From the NCBI GenBank assembly GCA_038882955.1, contig JAVZNC010000004.1:1-64000 (forward strand): 64,000 bases of DNA. The letters run 5' to 3'. The notes under the pieces are model-generated. The model did not search any database. It was not told the origin of the DNA and saw only the letters and a program-made list of their open reading frames with translations. This DNA is from Candidatus Bathyarchaeia archaeon. Its GTDB lineage: Archaea > Thermoproteota > Bathyarchaeia > Bathyarchaeales > Bathycorpusculaceae. How positions within the stretch are numbered: the stretch's first letter is position 1; each line of letters begins with the position of its first letter. This document shows positions 42,829 to 51,609 of this stretch, in pieces. Both the position numbers and the translations under genes were made by a program.

Positions 42829-43260
42829 CTATTGCTCAATTTTGATGTTGTAGCTTGTTTTGACCCCAGCTTTTTCGAAGAGTTTTCCTACAGGACAGTT
42901 TTCCAGCGTTAGTTTGAAGATTCGTTGGATTTGGTCGTTTGTTGCCTCTGCCCTAACGGTAATGTTGAAGCTTGCTTCTGTTACTGTTCCAGCTTCCTCT
43001 GATTTGACCGCTTCAGTTTTTACTTCTAAATCTTTCAGGTGAACACGCGTTTTCTTTGCCATCAAAGCAAATATTGTTGCAAAACACCCCGCATAACTCA
43101 TTACACCAAGCTCAAGTGCGGTTGGTCCCATATCCGTTCCAAGCTCTGGTGGAAGGTCTAGGCATACGCTGTGGGCTCTACCATCGTCAACGGCTATTCG
43201 CAAGTCCTTAACCAGTTTTGCGTTTGCATAAAGTTTCTGCGCCAAATTTTCACCTCCCAA
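42829..43260 (-). CDS. OsmC family protein
   Basis: GPTALEL..SYAGCF...NCPV two-Cys pattern. Confidence 0.88.
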   Translation of the reverse strand: MGGENLAQKLYANAKLVKDLRIAVDDGRAHSVCLDLPPELGTDMGPTALELGVMSYAGCFATIFALMAKKTRVHLKDLEVKTEAVKSEEAGTVTEASFNITVRAEATNDQIQRIFKLTLENCPVGKLFEKAGVKTSYNIKIEQ

Positions 43261-43280
43261 CTTTTAGTTGCAATTTTAGA

Positions 43281-43934
43281 CTAGGAAAGTTTTTTCTTGC
43301 ATAGGAACCAGTCCACGCATTCGTAGCCCTCTTGTAAGCGCTTTTCAGCTGCTTCTTGCGTTGTCGGCGGCGGAACAATTACTGCGTCTCCTGGACGCCA
43401 GTTTGCTGGTAAAGCCACTTTATGCTTGTCGGCTGTTTGCAATGCGTCAATAACTCTTAAAATTTCATCCATGTTTCTTCCGACGTTCAAGGGATAGTAT
43501 ATCATTGCGCGTAGCTTCATTTCTGGGTCGATGAAGAATACTGCGCGTACCGCTGCTGTGCTGCTCATGCTTGGGTGAATCATGCCGAAGAGATTCGCCA
43601 CTTTCATGTCCAAGTCTGCAATTATTGGGAATGGAATTTCCACGCCGAGCTTTTCCTTTATTCTTCTTGTCCACGCTATGTGGGAGTAGATGCTATCTAT
43701 GCTTAAGCCTATTAATTGGACGTTCCGTTTTACAAGTTCGCTGTAAATTTGCGCGAACGCAACAAACTCTGTTGTGCAGACTGGCGTGAAATCTGCTGGA
43801 TGTGAGAAAAGAATCACCCATTTTCCCTTAAAATCCGAGAGTTTTATAACGCCATGTGTTGTCACTGCTTCAAAGTCTGGGACTGACTCGCCAAGCCCTA
43901 ACATCTTCATTTTCGCTTCAATTTTTTCCTCCAT
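43281..43934 (-). CDS. Peroxiredoxin (archaeal Prx6 type)
   Basis: [34 protein letters not shown]. Confidence 0.95.
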   Translation of the reverse strand: MEEKIEAKMKMLGLGESVPDFEAVTTHGVIKLSDFKGKWVILFSHPADFTPVCTTEFVAFAQIYSELVKRNVQLIGLSIDSIYSHIAWTRRIKEKLGVEIPFPIIADLDMKVANLFGMIHPSMSSTAAVRAVFFIDPEMKLRAMIYYPLNVGRNMDEILRVIDALQTADKHKVALPANWRPGDAVIVPPPTTQEAAEKRLQEGYECVDWFLCKKKLS

Positions 43935-43973
43935 ACCTTATCACCTCACTACAAATTATATCTGTAAGCATAT

Positions 43974-44477
43974 CTAGAATTTTCTGAACTTCTCCTTTGG
44001 AGCGCCACACACTGGACAGCGGCTCGGCGCCTCACCTTCAACGGTGTAGCCGCACATGTCACAGATGTAGATAGCGCCAATCTTCAAGTCCTTGTTGTTT
44101 TCCACGGCTTGTTTTGCCTTCTGGTACATGCCAGCGTGAACTTTTTCTGCTTGAAGCGCCCAGTTGGTTGTTCTTTCCGCTCCTTTTTCTTCTTGGAGTT
44201 TGGCGACAGCGTTGTACGCTGGATACATTTCATTTACTTCGTAGGTTTCGCCGTCTATGGCTGTCTGCAGATTTTCTGCTGTTTCGCGAATCATACCCAA
44301 AACGCCATAATGGTTTGCAGCGTGAACTTGCTCGGCGTATGCGATTGCTCTAAAAAGTCTAGCAACGTTTGGAAAACCTTCCTCCTCAGCCTTCTTTGCA
44401 AAGATTAAATAACGCGTGTGCGCTTGGCTTTCGCCCCCAAAGGCTGTTTTCAAATTTTCTTCGGTCATTTTCCTCAT
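43974..44477 (-). CDS. rbr: Rubrerythrin
   Basis: AFGGESQA, EQVHA, EKVHA, CDMCGY..CPVCG. Confidence 0.94.
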   Translation of the reverse strand: MRKMTEENLKTAFGGESQAHTRYLIFAKKAEEEGFPNVARLFRAIAYAEQVHAANHYGVLGMIRETAENLQTAIDGETYEVNEMYPAYNAVAKLQEEKGAERTTNWALQAEKVHAGMYQKAKQAVENNKDLKIGAIYICDMCGYTVEGEAPSRCPVCGAPKEKFRKF

Positions 44478-44618
44478 AGACTTGCTTCACCATCCTATTT
44501 TTTGCCTAAATTTTACGATAAACTTATAAGATTGTCTGAACTTAAAAAGTTTATGTACGAAAATCGGACAAAAAATCAATGAAAAAATATGAAAGTCGCA
44601 TCAAAAGAGGAATAATAC

Positions 44619-45047
44619 ATGATTGATAAACTTGACATAAAAATTCTTCAAATTCTTGAGGAGGACGCCAGCATCCCCTACACGGAAATAGCCCGCAGAC
44701 TGAGGCTTAACGAGTCAACAGTTCGGAAGCGGGTAGCAGCGCTAAAACAGATGGGCGTAATAAGAAAGTTTACGGTGATAATTGAGCCTACAAAAATGGG
44801 GCTAAACACCGTGGCAATAATAGGCGTTGACGTCGACCCGCCAAAACTTTTGGAGGTTGCGCAGAAACTCTGCGAAATACCAGAAACAAGGTATGTGGCG
44901 ACATCCACTGGCGACCACATGATAATGACTGAAATTTGGGCTAAGGATGGAAAAGAACTGTCCAAAATCATTTCAGAGAAAATTGGAACAATCGAGGGCG
45001 TGAAGAAGATTTGTCCTTCGATAATACTGGAAAAGCTAAAAGTTTAA
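44619..45047 (+). CDS. Lrp/AsnC family transcriptional regulator (LrpA-like)
   Basis: LDIKILQIL..PYTEIARRL..ESTVRKRV..GVI; STGDHMIM. Confidence 0.92.
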   Translation: MIDKLDIKILQILEEDASIPYTEIARRLRLNESTVRKRVAALKQMGVIRKFTVIIEPTKMGLNTVAIIGVDVDPPKLLEVAQKLCEIPETRYVATSTGDHMIMTEIWAKDGKELSKIISEKIGTIEGVKKICPSIILEKLKV

Positions 45048-45075
45048 AACTACCATTAGTGAGGTGTGAGAGTCT

Positions 45076-45720
45076 ATGAGTTTGATACCAGAAGAACATA
45101 AGGGGCACATTAAAAGCGAATTGGAGGAGAAACTGGAAAAACCGGTGAAAATCGTCATGTTCACACAAGAGGTGGAGTGCCAATACTGCGCCCAAACCAG
45201 ACAACTGCTAAACGAGGTTGCGGCTTTAAGCGACAAAATAAGTTTAGAAGTTTACGATTTTGTGGCAGACGCCGAAAAGGCTAGAGCGTATAGCATTGAC
45301 AAGGTTCCAGCAATAGCCATTGTAGGCGAAAAGGATTATGGCGTTAGATTTTACGGGCTCCCCTATGGTTATGAACTGCAAACTTTGCTTGAGGGGATAA
45401 TAACCGTTTCAAGGGCGAAAACAGACCTTCCAGACGAGATAAAAGCGCGGCTAAAAGAGATTAAGGTGCCAGTTCACATTCAAGTGTTCGTAACGCTAAC
45501 ATGTCCATACTGCCCCATAGTTGCAAGCCTCGCCCACAAGTTCGCCATAGAAAACGATTTGATAAGGGCAGACGTCATAGAAGTCGGCGAGTTTCCACAT
45601 TTAGGCTTAAAATACGGCGTCATGGGAGTGCCAAAAACAGTTATCAACGAAAAAGTGGAGTTTGTTGGCGCCCTCCCAGAAGACCTATTCCTCGAACACA
45701 TAATATTAGCCACAGCCTAA
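45076..45720 (+). CDS. Protein disulfide oxidoreductase (two thioredoxin folds)
   Basis: CQYC and CPYC; DKVPAI, GVPKTVIN. Confidence 0.92.
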   Translation: MSLIPEEHKGHIKSELEEKLEKPVKIVMFTQEVECQYCAQTRQLLNEVAALSDKISLEVYDFVADAEKARAYSIDKVPAIAIVGEKDYGVRFYGLPYGYELQTLLEGIITVSRAKTDLPDEIKARLKEIKVPVHIQVFVTLTCPYCPIVASLAHKFAIENDLIRADVIEVGEFPHLGLKYGVMGVPKTVINEKVEFVGALPEDLFLEHIILATA

Positions 45721-45734
45721 AAGCGCATAACAAA

Positions 45735-46556
45735 GTGTCCATTTTGAGCTCTGCAGGAAAAAAGGGAAAGTTGAGCCTAATCTTCATCTACAGCGGAGAA
45801 TTTGCAGAGAGAGTCATAAGAAACCTAATAAACGACCCGAGCTTCTGCAAGTCTTGCGGCATATACTGCGATTCATGCAAATACAATGTTTACACTTTTG
45901 TCCAAAACATCCGTGCGGCAATGCAGCTTCCAAGCCCCACAGAACTGCCAGCATTCATAGACAATCCAGAGAAGTATATGCCCAGAAAAGTTCCGAAAGC
46001 CGACCTATGCATAGCGTCTGGATTGCATAAGGACTTACTTTTAGAACTTCCTGCACACTTACATAGGAATGGCGTTAGGGGCTTGATTGTGCCAATAGAA
46101 GATTTCAATGAGGTGCCGTCTGGCTTAAGGAGGCAAGTTGAAGAAAAATGCGAGGAACTCCAAATGGAAAGTGCTTTTCCAAAACCATTCTGTTCCTTAG
46201 AGGCTGATGAAAGGGATAAACCGCTAATTTCAAGGTTTGTGGACGACTTTAATATCGGAAAACCAAAACTGGAGATTGCCACTGAAAAACGTGGAAAGCA
46301 TGAAGTTGTTGGTTCTGCGGTTGTTAGGCGAAGCGCTCCATGCGGTTCAACATGGTATGTGGCAAGGAAACTTTTGGGAACAAGAACAGAAAGGGACATG
46401 CTTTATGACGCAATAGCGAAGGCGCACCACAGCTATCCGTGTACCGCAACTATGAACGTTGACCCAGAGCTTAAAGAGCCAATACTCCACGTTGGAGGAT
46501 ACTTAATAAGAGAAGCTGTGGGAAGCGCTTTGGAAAAGTCTGTAAATGCAAGATGA
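45735..46556 (+). CDS. DUF166-like Cys-rich protein
   Basis: CKSCGIYCDSC, PKPFCSL, RSAPCGSTW, YPCTATM; the track start overlaps PDO, so the true start is probably 45735 or 45771. Confidence 0.75.
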   Translation: MSILSSAGKKGKLSLIFIYSGEFAERVIRNLINDPSFCKSCGIYCDSCKYNVYTFVQNIRAAMQLPSPTELPAFIDNPEKYMPRKVPKADLCIASGLHKDLLLELPAHLHRNGVRGLIVPIEDFNEVPSGLRRQVEEKCEELQMESAFPKPFCSLEADERDKPLISRFVDDFNIGKPKLEIATEKRGKHEVVGSAVVRRSAPCGSTWYVARKLLGTRTERDMLYDAIAKAHHSYPCTATMNVDPELKEPILHVGGYLIREAVGSALEKSVNAR

Positions 46557-46597
46557 TTTACGATATTCTTAAATTTGCCTAGGCTGTTGACTGTCCT

Positions 46598-46996
46598 ATG
46601 CATGAGTGGGCTTTGGCGGAATCCGTCATCTCAACAATTTCTCAAATCGCAGAGAAAGAAGGGCTAAAAGAGGTCAGCGAAGTTAAAATCGTTGTAGGCG
46701 AACTGCAGCAGGTTGAGCTTGACATATTTGAATTTGCCTTGTCCCAGCTTAAAAAGCCGGAATTTGAAAACACAAAATTCAGCATTAAAATTTCGAAGGC
46801 ACAGTTGAAGTGCAGGGTTTGTGGACACAAGTGGAATTTTGAAAAAGAAAGCTTAAGTCGAGACAATGCTGAAGCAATACATTTTCTTCCAGAAGTCGCT
46901 CACACTTACATCCGATGTCCAAAATGCGGAAGCCCAGACTTTGAAGTGCTGCAAGGACGGGGAGTATGGCTTGAAAGCATAAAGGGCGTGAAATAA
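46598..46996 (+). CDS. hypA: Hydrogenase nickel incorporation protein HypA
   Basis: MHEWALA, GELQ, CRVC, IHFLPEVAH, CPKCGS..GRG. Confidence 0.93.
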   Translation: MHEWALAESVISTISQIAEKEGLKEVSEVKIVVGELQQVELDIFEFALSQLKKPEFENTKFSIKISKAQLKCRVCGHKWNFEKESLSRDNAEAIHFLPEVAHTYIRCPKCGSPDFEVLQGRGVWLESIKGVK

Positions 46997-46997
46997 A

Positions 46998-47726
46998 ATG
47001 GTTGACCCAAGAATTAGCGTGATAAATGAAAGACTCAAGTCAGTCCGTAACATAATTGCTGTGTCAAGTGGCAAAGGAGGCGTTGGAAAAAGCCTCACAG
47101 CATCAATGTTTGCTTTGGCTCTTGCAAAAAAGGGCTATAAAACTGGTCTCTTCGACTTGGACTTCACAAGCCCGTCCACACACGTTATTTTAGGCATTGA
47201 AGATGTAAAGCCAAAAGAAGAGAAGGGAATAATTCCACCGCAAGTTCACGGCATAGCATACATGTCAATAATTTACTATTCTGGTGAACATGCCGCGCCC
47301 TTGAGGGGTGCAGACGTTTCAAACGCACTAATAGAGCTTCTCGCAATAACAAGATGGGGCGAACTTGACTTCTTAATAATTGATATGCCGCCTGGGATAG
47401 GCGACGCAACTTTGGATGTAATCCGCCTAATCAAGCCGATAAAATTCCTTATCGTAACTACGCCTTCGCAGCTTGCCTTCGAGACTGTAATAAAACTGGC
47501 AAAACTTCTGAAAGATTTGAAAGTTCAGGTTTTAGGCGTGATTGAAAACATGAAAATGAGCAATTCAGACTTTATTAGACAAGAGACCAAAAGCCTAGGT
47601 TTGCCATATTTAGGGGAAATAGGTTTTGACGCAAAAATTGAAGATGCAATAGGAAATGTCAATGAACTCCTGCTTTCCAACTTCGCTAGAAAAATTGATG
47701 GGATAGCCTCAAAAATCAATGTTTAG
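46998..47726 (+). CDS. hypB: Mrp/MinD-family ATPase, probably ATPase-type HypB
   Basis: DPR..I..RL, SGKGGVGKS, DLDF, IDMPPG, ENM; no CPxC; directly follows hypA as in Thermococcales. Confidence 0.75.
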   Translation: MVDPRISVINERLKSVRNIIAVSSGKGGVGKSLTASMFALALAKKGYKTGLFDLDFTSPSTHVILGIEDVKPKEEKGIIPPQVHGIAYMSIIYYSGEHAAPLRGADVSNALIELLAITRWGELDFLIIDMPPGIGDATLDVIRLIKPIKFLIVTTPSQLAFETVIKLAKLLKDLKVQVLGVIENMKMSNSDFIRQETKSLGLPYLGEIGFDAKIEDAIGNVNELLLSNFARKIDGIASKINV

Positions 47727-48011
47727 TCCTCACCTTCAAAATCGTATTGCATGCCCATTAACGCGTCTCCCCAAACAGCCCTCGCTGCAAAGCCAACAGC
47801 CCCTATACAAAGTGAAGTATCAGCATCATCTTCCAAAATTCCTTTTTTGAAAGTTTTCTTGACCCAGAAACCGCGCAACGTTATGGGGAAAGCCTGTCGC
47901 CATAAAAAGGAACATGAAGACTGCAGCGCTAAGGCCTATCCAGTCACTTCTCCATGCTTCTCCGTAGATTAAGTAATTTGATATTTAAAAGCTGCCGTAA
48001 AATTTCTGCGA

Positions 48012-48386
48012 TCATACTTTATTATTTTTCTTTTTCTTCTTTCTAACCGCAGCCTTCTCCATCATTGCAAGCTCTTCGACAGAACTTGCCTTGCGCAGTT
48101 CTTGCATGTACCAGTTTCTATCCCTAGAATAGCTTAAGCCCGCAGCTATCCCAAAAAATGCTAGTGCTATTCCGCTTATAATGAAGGTTAAGCCTACAAC
48201 GGCTCCAGCCAATGGTCTCACATGGTATGGTATGAAAATGAACCATTGTGGCTCTCCTGGAAGGCTTAGGGTTTCAAGGAATCCTCCAACGAAAAATATG
48301 GCTCCAGCTATAAACATCAAGTAGGAGAGCGTCTCGTTATGTCTCGATTCCTCTGCTTTCTCGTGAAGGTATTCTCTGAATGACAT
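48012..48386 (-). CDS. Two-TM hypothetical membrane protein (paralog of 50559-50905)
   Basis: F.EYLHEKAEESRHNET...PQWF..IPYH...R.WYM.EL shared with the paralog. Confidence 0.8.
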   Translation of the reverse strand: MSFREYLHEKAEESRHNETLSYLMFIAGAIFFVGGFLETLSLPGEPQWFIFIPYHVRPLAGAVVGLTFIISGIALAFFGIAAGLSYSRDRNWYMQELRKASSVEELAMMEKAAVRKKKKKNNKV

Positions 48387-48491
48387 TAGGATTTCAATAT
48401 GTCAAGTTGCCGCACATATAAGTAAATTTTATTATGTTGGAATACTCATTGCAAAAACTAATTCGTAATAAGCACGTGCGAGGAACAATGT

Positions 48492-49244
48492 TTGCAGAAA
48501 CCTGAGGCGGTAATCTTCGATTTTATAGGCACATTGACTAACGTGAGGGGCTATGACTTGGAGATTTCGAAGATGAAGCTGTGTAAGGTGATAATTGAAT
48601 CTGGCTTTAATGTTGAAGAAAAACGTTTTATGAATGCTTACAGCGAATCTCACGAGAAGTATAGGGTTGTACGTTACCAAGAGCTTGTTGAGGTAACAAA
48701 CGCTGTTTGGATTGCAGACGCCCTAAACAGCCTAGGATTCAAAACAACACCAGAAGATGAACGCATAAAAACGGCGGTGAACATGTTCTTCGAGGATTAT
48801 GTGCGTTCGCTTAAGCTTAGACCTTGCGTAAAAAGGTTGCTTGGCGAACTTTCATGCGAGTATAAGCTAGGACTCGTTTCAAACTTTACATACGCGCCAG
48901 TAATCTACGCTGGTTTAAGGAAACTTGACATTAACAAGTTCTTTAACGCCGTTTTGGTCTCGGAAGAGGTTGGATGGCGGAAACCACACGCAAAAATCTT
49001 TGAAGAAGCCCTAAAACGGCTTGGAGTGAAAGCGCAAGAGGCCATTTACGTCGGGGACAGCCCACAAGAAGACATTAAAGGTGCAAAAGAAATAGGTCTA
49101 AAAACAATTTTCGTCCCGTCGCAGTTCTATTCACTTCAAGATTTAAAAGATAGCCAAATAAAACCAGAAATAATTGTGAAAAACATCTGCGAACTTTACA
49201 GAAAATTCTCTGAACAATCAGATAATCGACAAAATTTCTTTTAG
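48492..49244 (+). CDS. HAD family hydrolase
   Basis: IFDFIGTL, VSNF, RKPHAKIF, YVGDS..DI.GA. Confidence 0.9.
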   Translation: MQKPEAVIFDFIGTLTNVRGYDLEISKMKLCKVIIESGFNVEEKRFMNAYSESHEKYRVVRYQELVEVTNAVWIADALNSLGFKTTPEDERIKTAVNMFFEDYVRSLKLRPCVKRLLGELSCEYKLGLVSNFTYAPVIYAGLRKLDINKFFNAVLVSEEVGWRKPHAKIFEEALKRLGVKAQEAIYVGDSPQEDIKGAKEIGLKTIFVPSQFYSLQDLKDSQIKPEIIVKNICELYRKFSEQSDNRQNFF

Positions 49245-49490
49245 ACTTCATAACCTATTTTCGCGTCGTCACCAATGAACAAAATATCATTTGGCTGCAG
49301 ACCCAATTTTTGCAAGCGTAGGTAAAAATTTTCTTTGCTGGTTTTGCTTTTCTTGCAACGTCAACGCAAACTTTGACATCAAAGAAGCTTTCAAGTCTCG
49401 ACTTTGCCAAAACATTTTCCATGTCCGCCTTCAAGCTGTTTGTAATAAAACCAACTTTTAAGCCCTTTCACCTCAATTTTTAGAATCAAA
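49241..49490 (-). pseudogene. Degraded HAD hydrolase fragment
   Basis: Across frameshifts reads LKVGFITNS..LESFFDV..KAKPAKKIF..LQKLGLQPNDILFIGDD; no intact start. Confidence 0.65.
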
Positions 49491-49597
49491 ATGCAAGTAA
49501 TTTCTGTAAAATCGAAAATGGAAGCCAAAACTTGCCCATTTTCAATACCCCCTCCCCTCTTATGTTTTTAGAAATCACGCAAAATTTCATTAATTGA

Positions 49598-49698
49598 TGC
49601 GGCCGCCGGGATTCGAACCCGGGATCGCAGGCTTGGAAGGCTTCCACGCGCTGTTTTGCCTTAGCGTCTGTGTCCTAACCAGACTAGACGACGGCCGC
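49598..49698 (-). tRNA. tRNA-Gly(TCC) with a 26-nt intron at non-canonical position 29/30
   Basis: GCGGCCG acceptor; removing 49642-49667 restores CAGGC-CTTCCAA-GCCTG anticodon arm; CCGGG-TTCGAAT-CCCGG T-arm; CCA not encoded. Confidence 0.92.
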
Positions 49699-49751
49699 AT
49701 GACGCTTTTCGTGTTATTCTATTTTCTAAAGTGTTGTAGATAAAACTTCTT

Positions 49752-50432
49752 TTATTGTGGTTTTTCGTTTGGCTTGAAAAGTTTTTTCTCGTGCGTTGGT
49801 TTCGGTTTGAAGCTGCCTGGGTATTTTGGCATTGCGGCTTTTTGTCGTTCAATATTTTTTACTCTTGCGTAAAGTTTTGCTATTTTCGTTTTTGATGGTG
49901 TTTTTGGTTTTGGAAGTTTGGCTGGAACTGGTGTGAAGGGTTTTATTTCTCTAATTTTTTGGCGCTTCTCGATTTTGCGGTTTGCCGTTAACTCTTTAAC
50001 TTTTTGGAAAACAACATAGCCGTTTTTTAAGTTAACTTCTTGCACTTTCCATCCGACGTCAAGCCATGCTTTGGCATGTACGCTTGTTGGAGAGTTGCTC
50101 CACCAGCTTTCATTTTTGTAGGCGCTTATTGGCAAGTTGTCGCCAATTATTCCGTCTATCTGGGCGAAGGAAAGCCTGACCGTGTCCGTGAAGGCTGCCC
50201 TAAACTTTAGGTGGTTCTTTAAACCATCGTATTTGCCCATAACTTTCGGAGAGACAATTTTTCTTGCGCAGTTTAGGCAAAACATTCTGCTTGTGTCGCC
50301 TGTTGACACTTCTGGGACCATGCAGTCTACGCAGTACAAGCGTCCGCATCTTTGGCATTTCCTTAAATAGCGGTATGGTAGTACTCTGCCGCAGATTCCG
50401 CATTCTTCTTTGATTGGCATTATGAGCCACAA
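49752..50432 (-). CDS. Zinc-finger plus DUF7662-like domain protein
   Basis: Four CxxC pairs, then KY..L...LSF.QI..IIG..LP.SA....WWSN...AW...GW.V; basic tail. Confidence 0.72.
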   Translation of the reverse strand: MWLIMPIKEECGICGRVLPYRYLRKCQRCGRLYCVDCMVPEVSTGDTSRMFCLNCARKIVSPKVMGKYDGLKNHLKFRAAFTDTVRLSFAQIDGIIGDNLPISAYKNESWWSNSPTSVHAKAWLDVGWKVQEVNLKNGYVVFQKVKELTANRKIEKRQKIREIKPFTPVPAKLPKPKTPSKTKIAKLYARVKNIERQKAAMPKYPGSFKPKPTHEKKLFKPNEKPQ

Positions 50433-50558
50433 CTGTTTGTCTTCATTTTATCTAGAATTATTAACGAGGCTTTTAATATAAGCAATAGGGTTTTGAGGTA
50501 TTCGAAGTTTGCAATAAAACTTATAGACGTGCAGTTTTGCTGCTTAAATAGTGGTTTC

Positions 50559-50905
50559 ATGCTTTTTAGCGAGTACCTTCACGAGAAGGCTGAAGAATCA
50601 AGGCACAACGAGACCATTGGCTACTTAATAATCATAATAGGCTCGGTGTTTTTGTCGGCGGTTTAATCGAAACGGTTGTGATTGCCGAAAACCCGCAATG
50701 GTTTTTGATAATTCCATACCACTTGACGGAGCATCCATACAGCCTTCTCGGTTTATCGCTGACTTTAACGGGTCTTGTTTTGCTCTTTTTAGGAATTGCC
50801 ATCAGCATCCACTACGCCAGAGAAAGAAGCTGGTACATGAAGGAGCTGCATAAGACTCACTCTGCTGAGGAGCGGAAATTGCGGTCTGAAAGGAAGCCTG
50901 ATTAA
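50559..50905 (+). pseudogene. Frameshifted paralog of 48012-48386
   Basis: MLFSEYLHEKAEESRHNETIGYL..GSVF, then a T5 run at 50649-50653 (T6 needed), then VGGLIETVVIAENPQWF in the next frame. Confidence 0.8.
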
Positions 50906-50956
50906 CGCTATTGCAACTCAAGTATCAAGCATGGCACTATGCTTATGTATATTTGG

Positions 50957-51535
50957 CTATCTTAAAGTGTTATTGAGCTTGCCTTTGCCTTCATTCAAAC
51001 ATGAGAGTTCTTCAACTTCCAGTTGATGTTTTCTGCAAAGCATGTAAACGCCTTCATAAAAGTTTTCGGGTTTGCATGGTGCTTTCATTAGGCAGCCCTT
51101 AACCTTGCAATGTTTCAGTCCAAGGTTATGTCCAATTTCATGGAGGCTTATTCCAACACAAGCCTTGAACAGGTGCTTCTTATTAATGCTGTACGTTGAA
51201 ACTATGGAAATGCTTGGTTCTGGAGATAGCCCCACAAGGTTTTCTCCAAGACCGAGAACGTAATGTGGCAAAATCGCAAGCAAAATCGTTCTGGGATGGA
51301 TGCAAAAAAGCCTTTTTAACTCATCCACCAAATCGTTAAGGTAAACCATTTTTCTTCCTTTCATGAAAAACTTTGCCAACAAGCTTCTTGGTTTAAGAAG
51401 GATGCGTTCAGGGAGCGCCCTATTCGCTGCAATTTCAACAACCTCTATCTTGTATATGGATTTGGCGTTTACACTGATGTCTTTGAGGAAGCCATAACAA
51501 AAATCGAATGGTTGAATAATTAGCCTATACATCAC
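50957..51535 (-). CDS. Archaemetzincin-like zinc metalloprotease
   Basis: HEIGHNLGLKHC....CLM...LC..H. Confidence 0.8.
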   Translation of the reverse strand: MMYRLIIQPFDFCYGFLKDISVNAKSIYKIEVVEIAANRALPERILLKPRSLLAKFFMKGRKMVYLNDLVDELKRLFCIHPRTILLAILPHYVLGLGENLVGLSPEPSISIVSTYSINKKHLFKACVGISLHEIGHNLGLKHCKVKGCLMKAPCKPENFYEGVYMLCRKHQLEVEELSCLNEGKGKLNNTLR

Positions 51536-51609
51536 TTTCGATGAGAATATACGTCTTGTAAGCTTAATACTTTTGTTAAACTCTCATTTAAGAAAATATA
51601 GTGTAGGTG

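Noticed and set aside
45501-45734. N-terminal extension of the DUF166 ORF
   Set aside because: Overlaps the PDO gene out of frame; the real start is downstream
47723-47972. 73-aa plus ORF, or a decayed membrane-protein fragment on the minus strand
   Set aside because: No coherent frame or motif; a possible relic but not supportable
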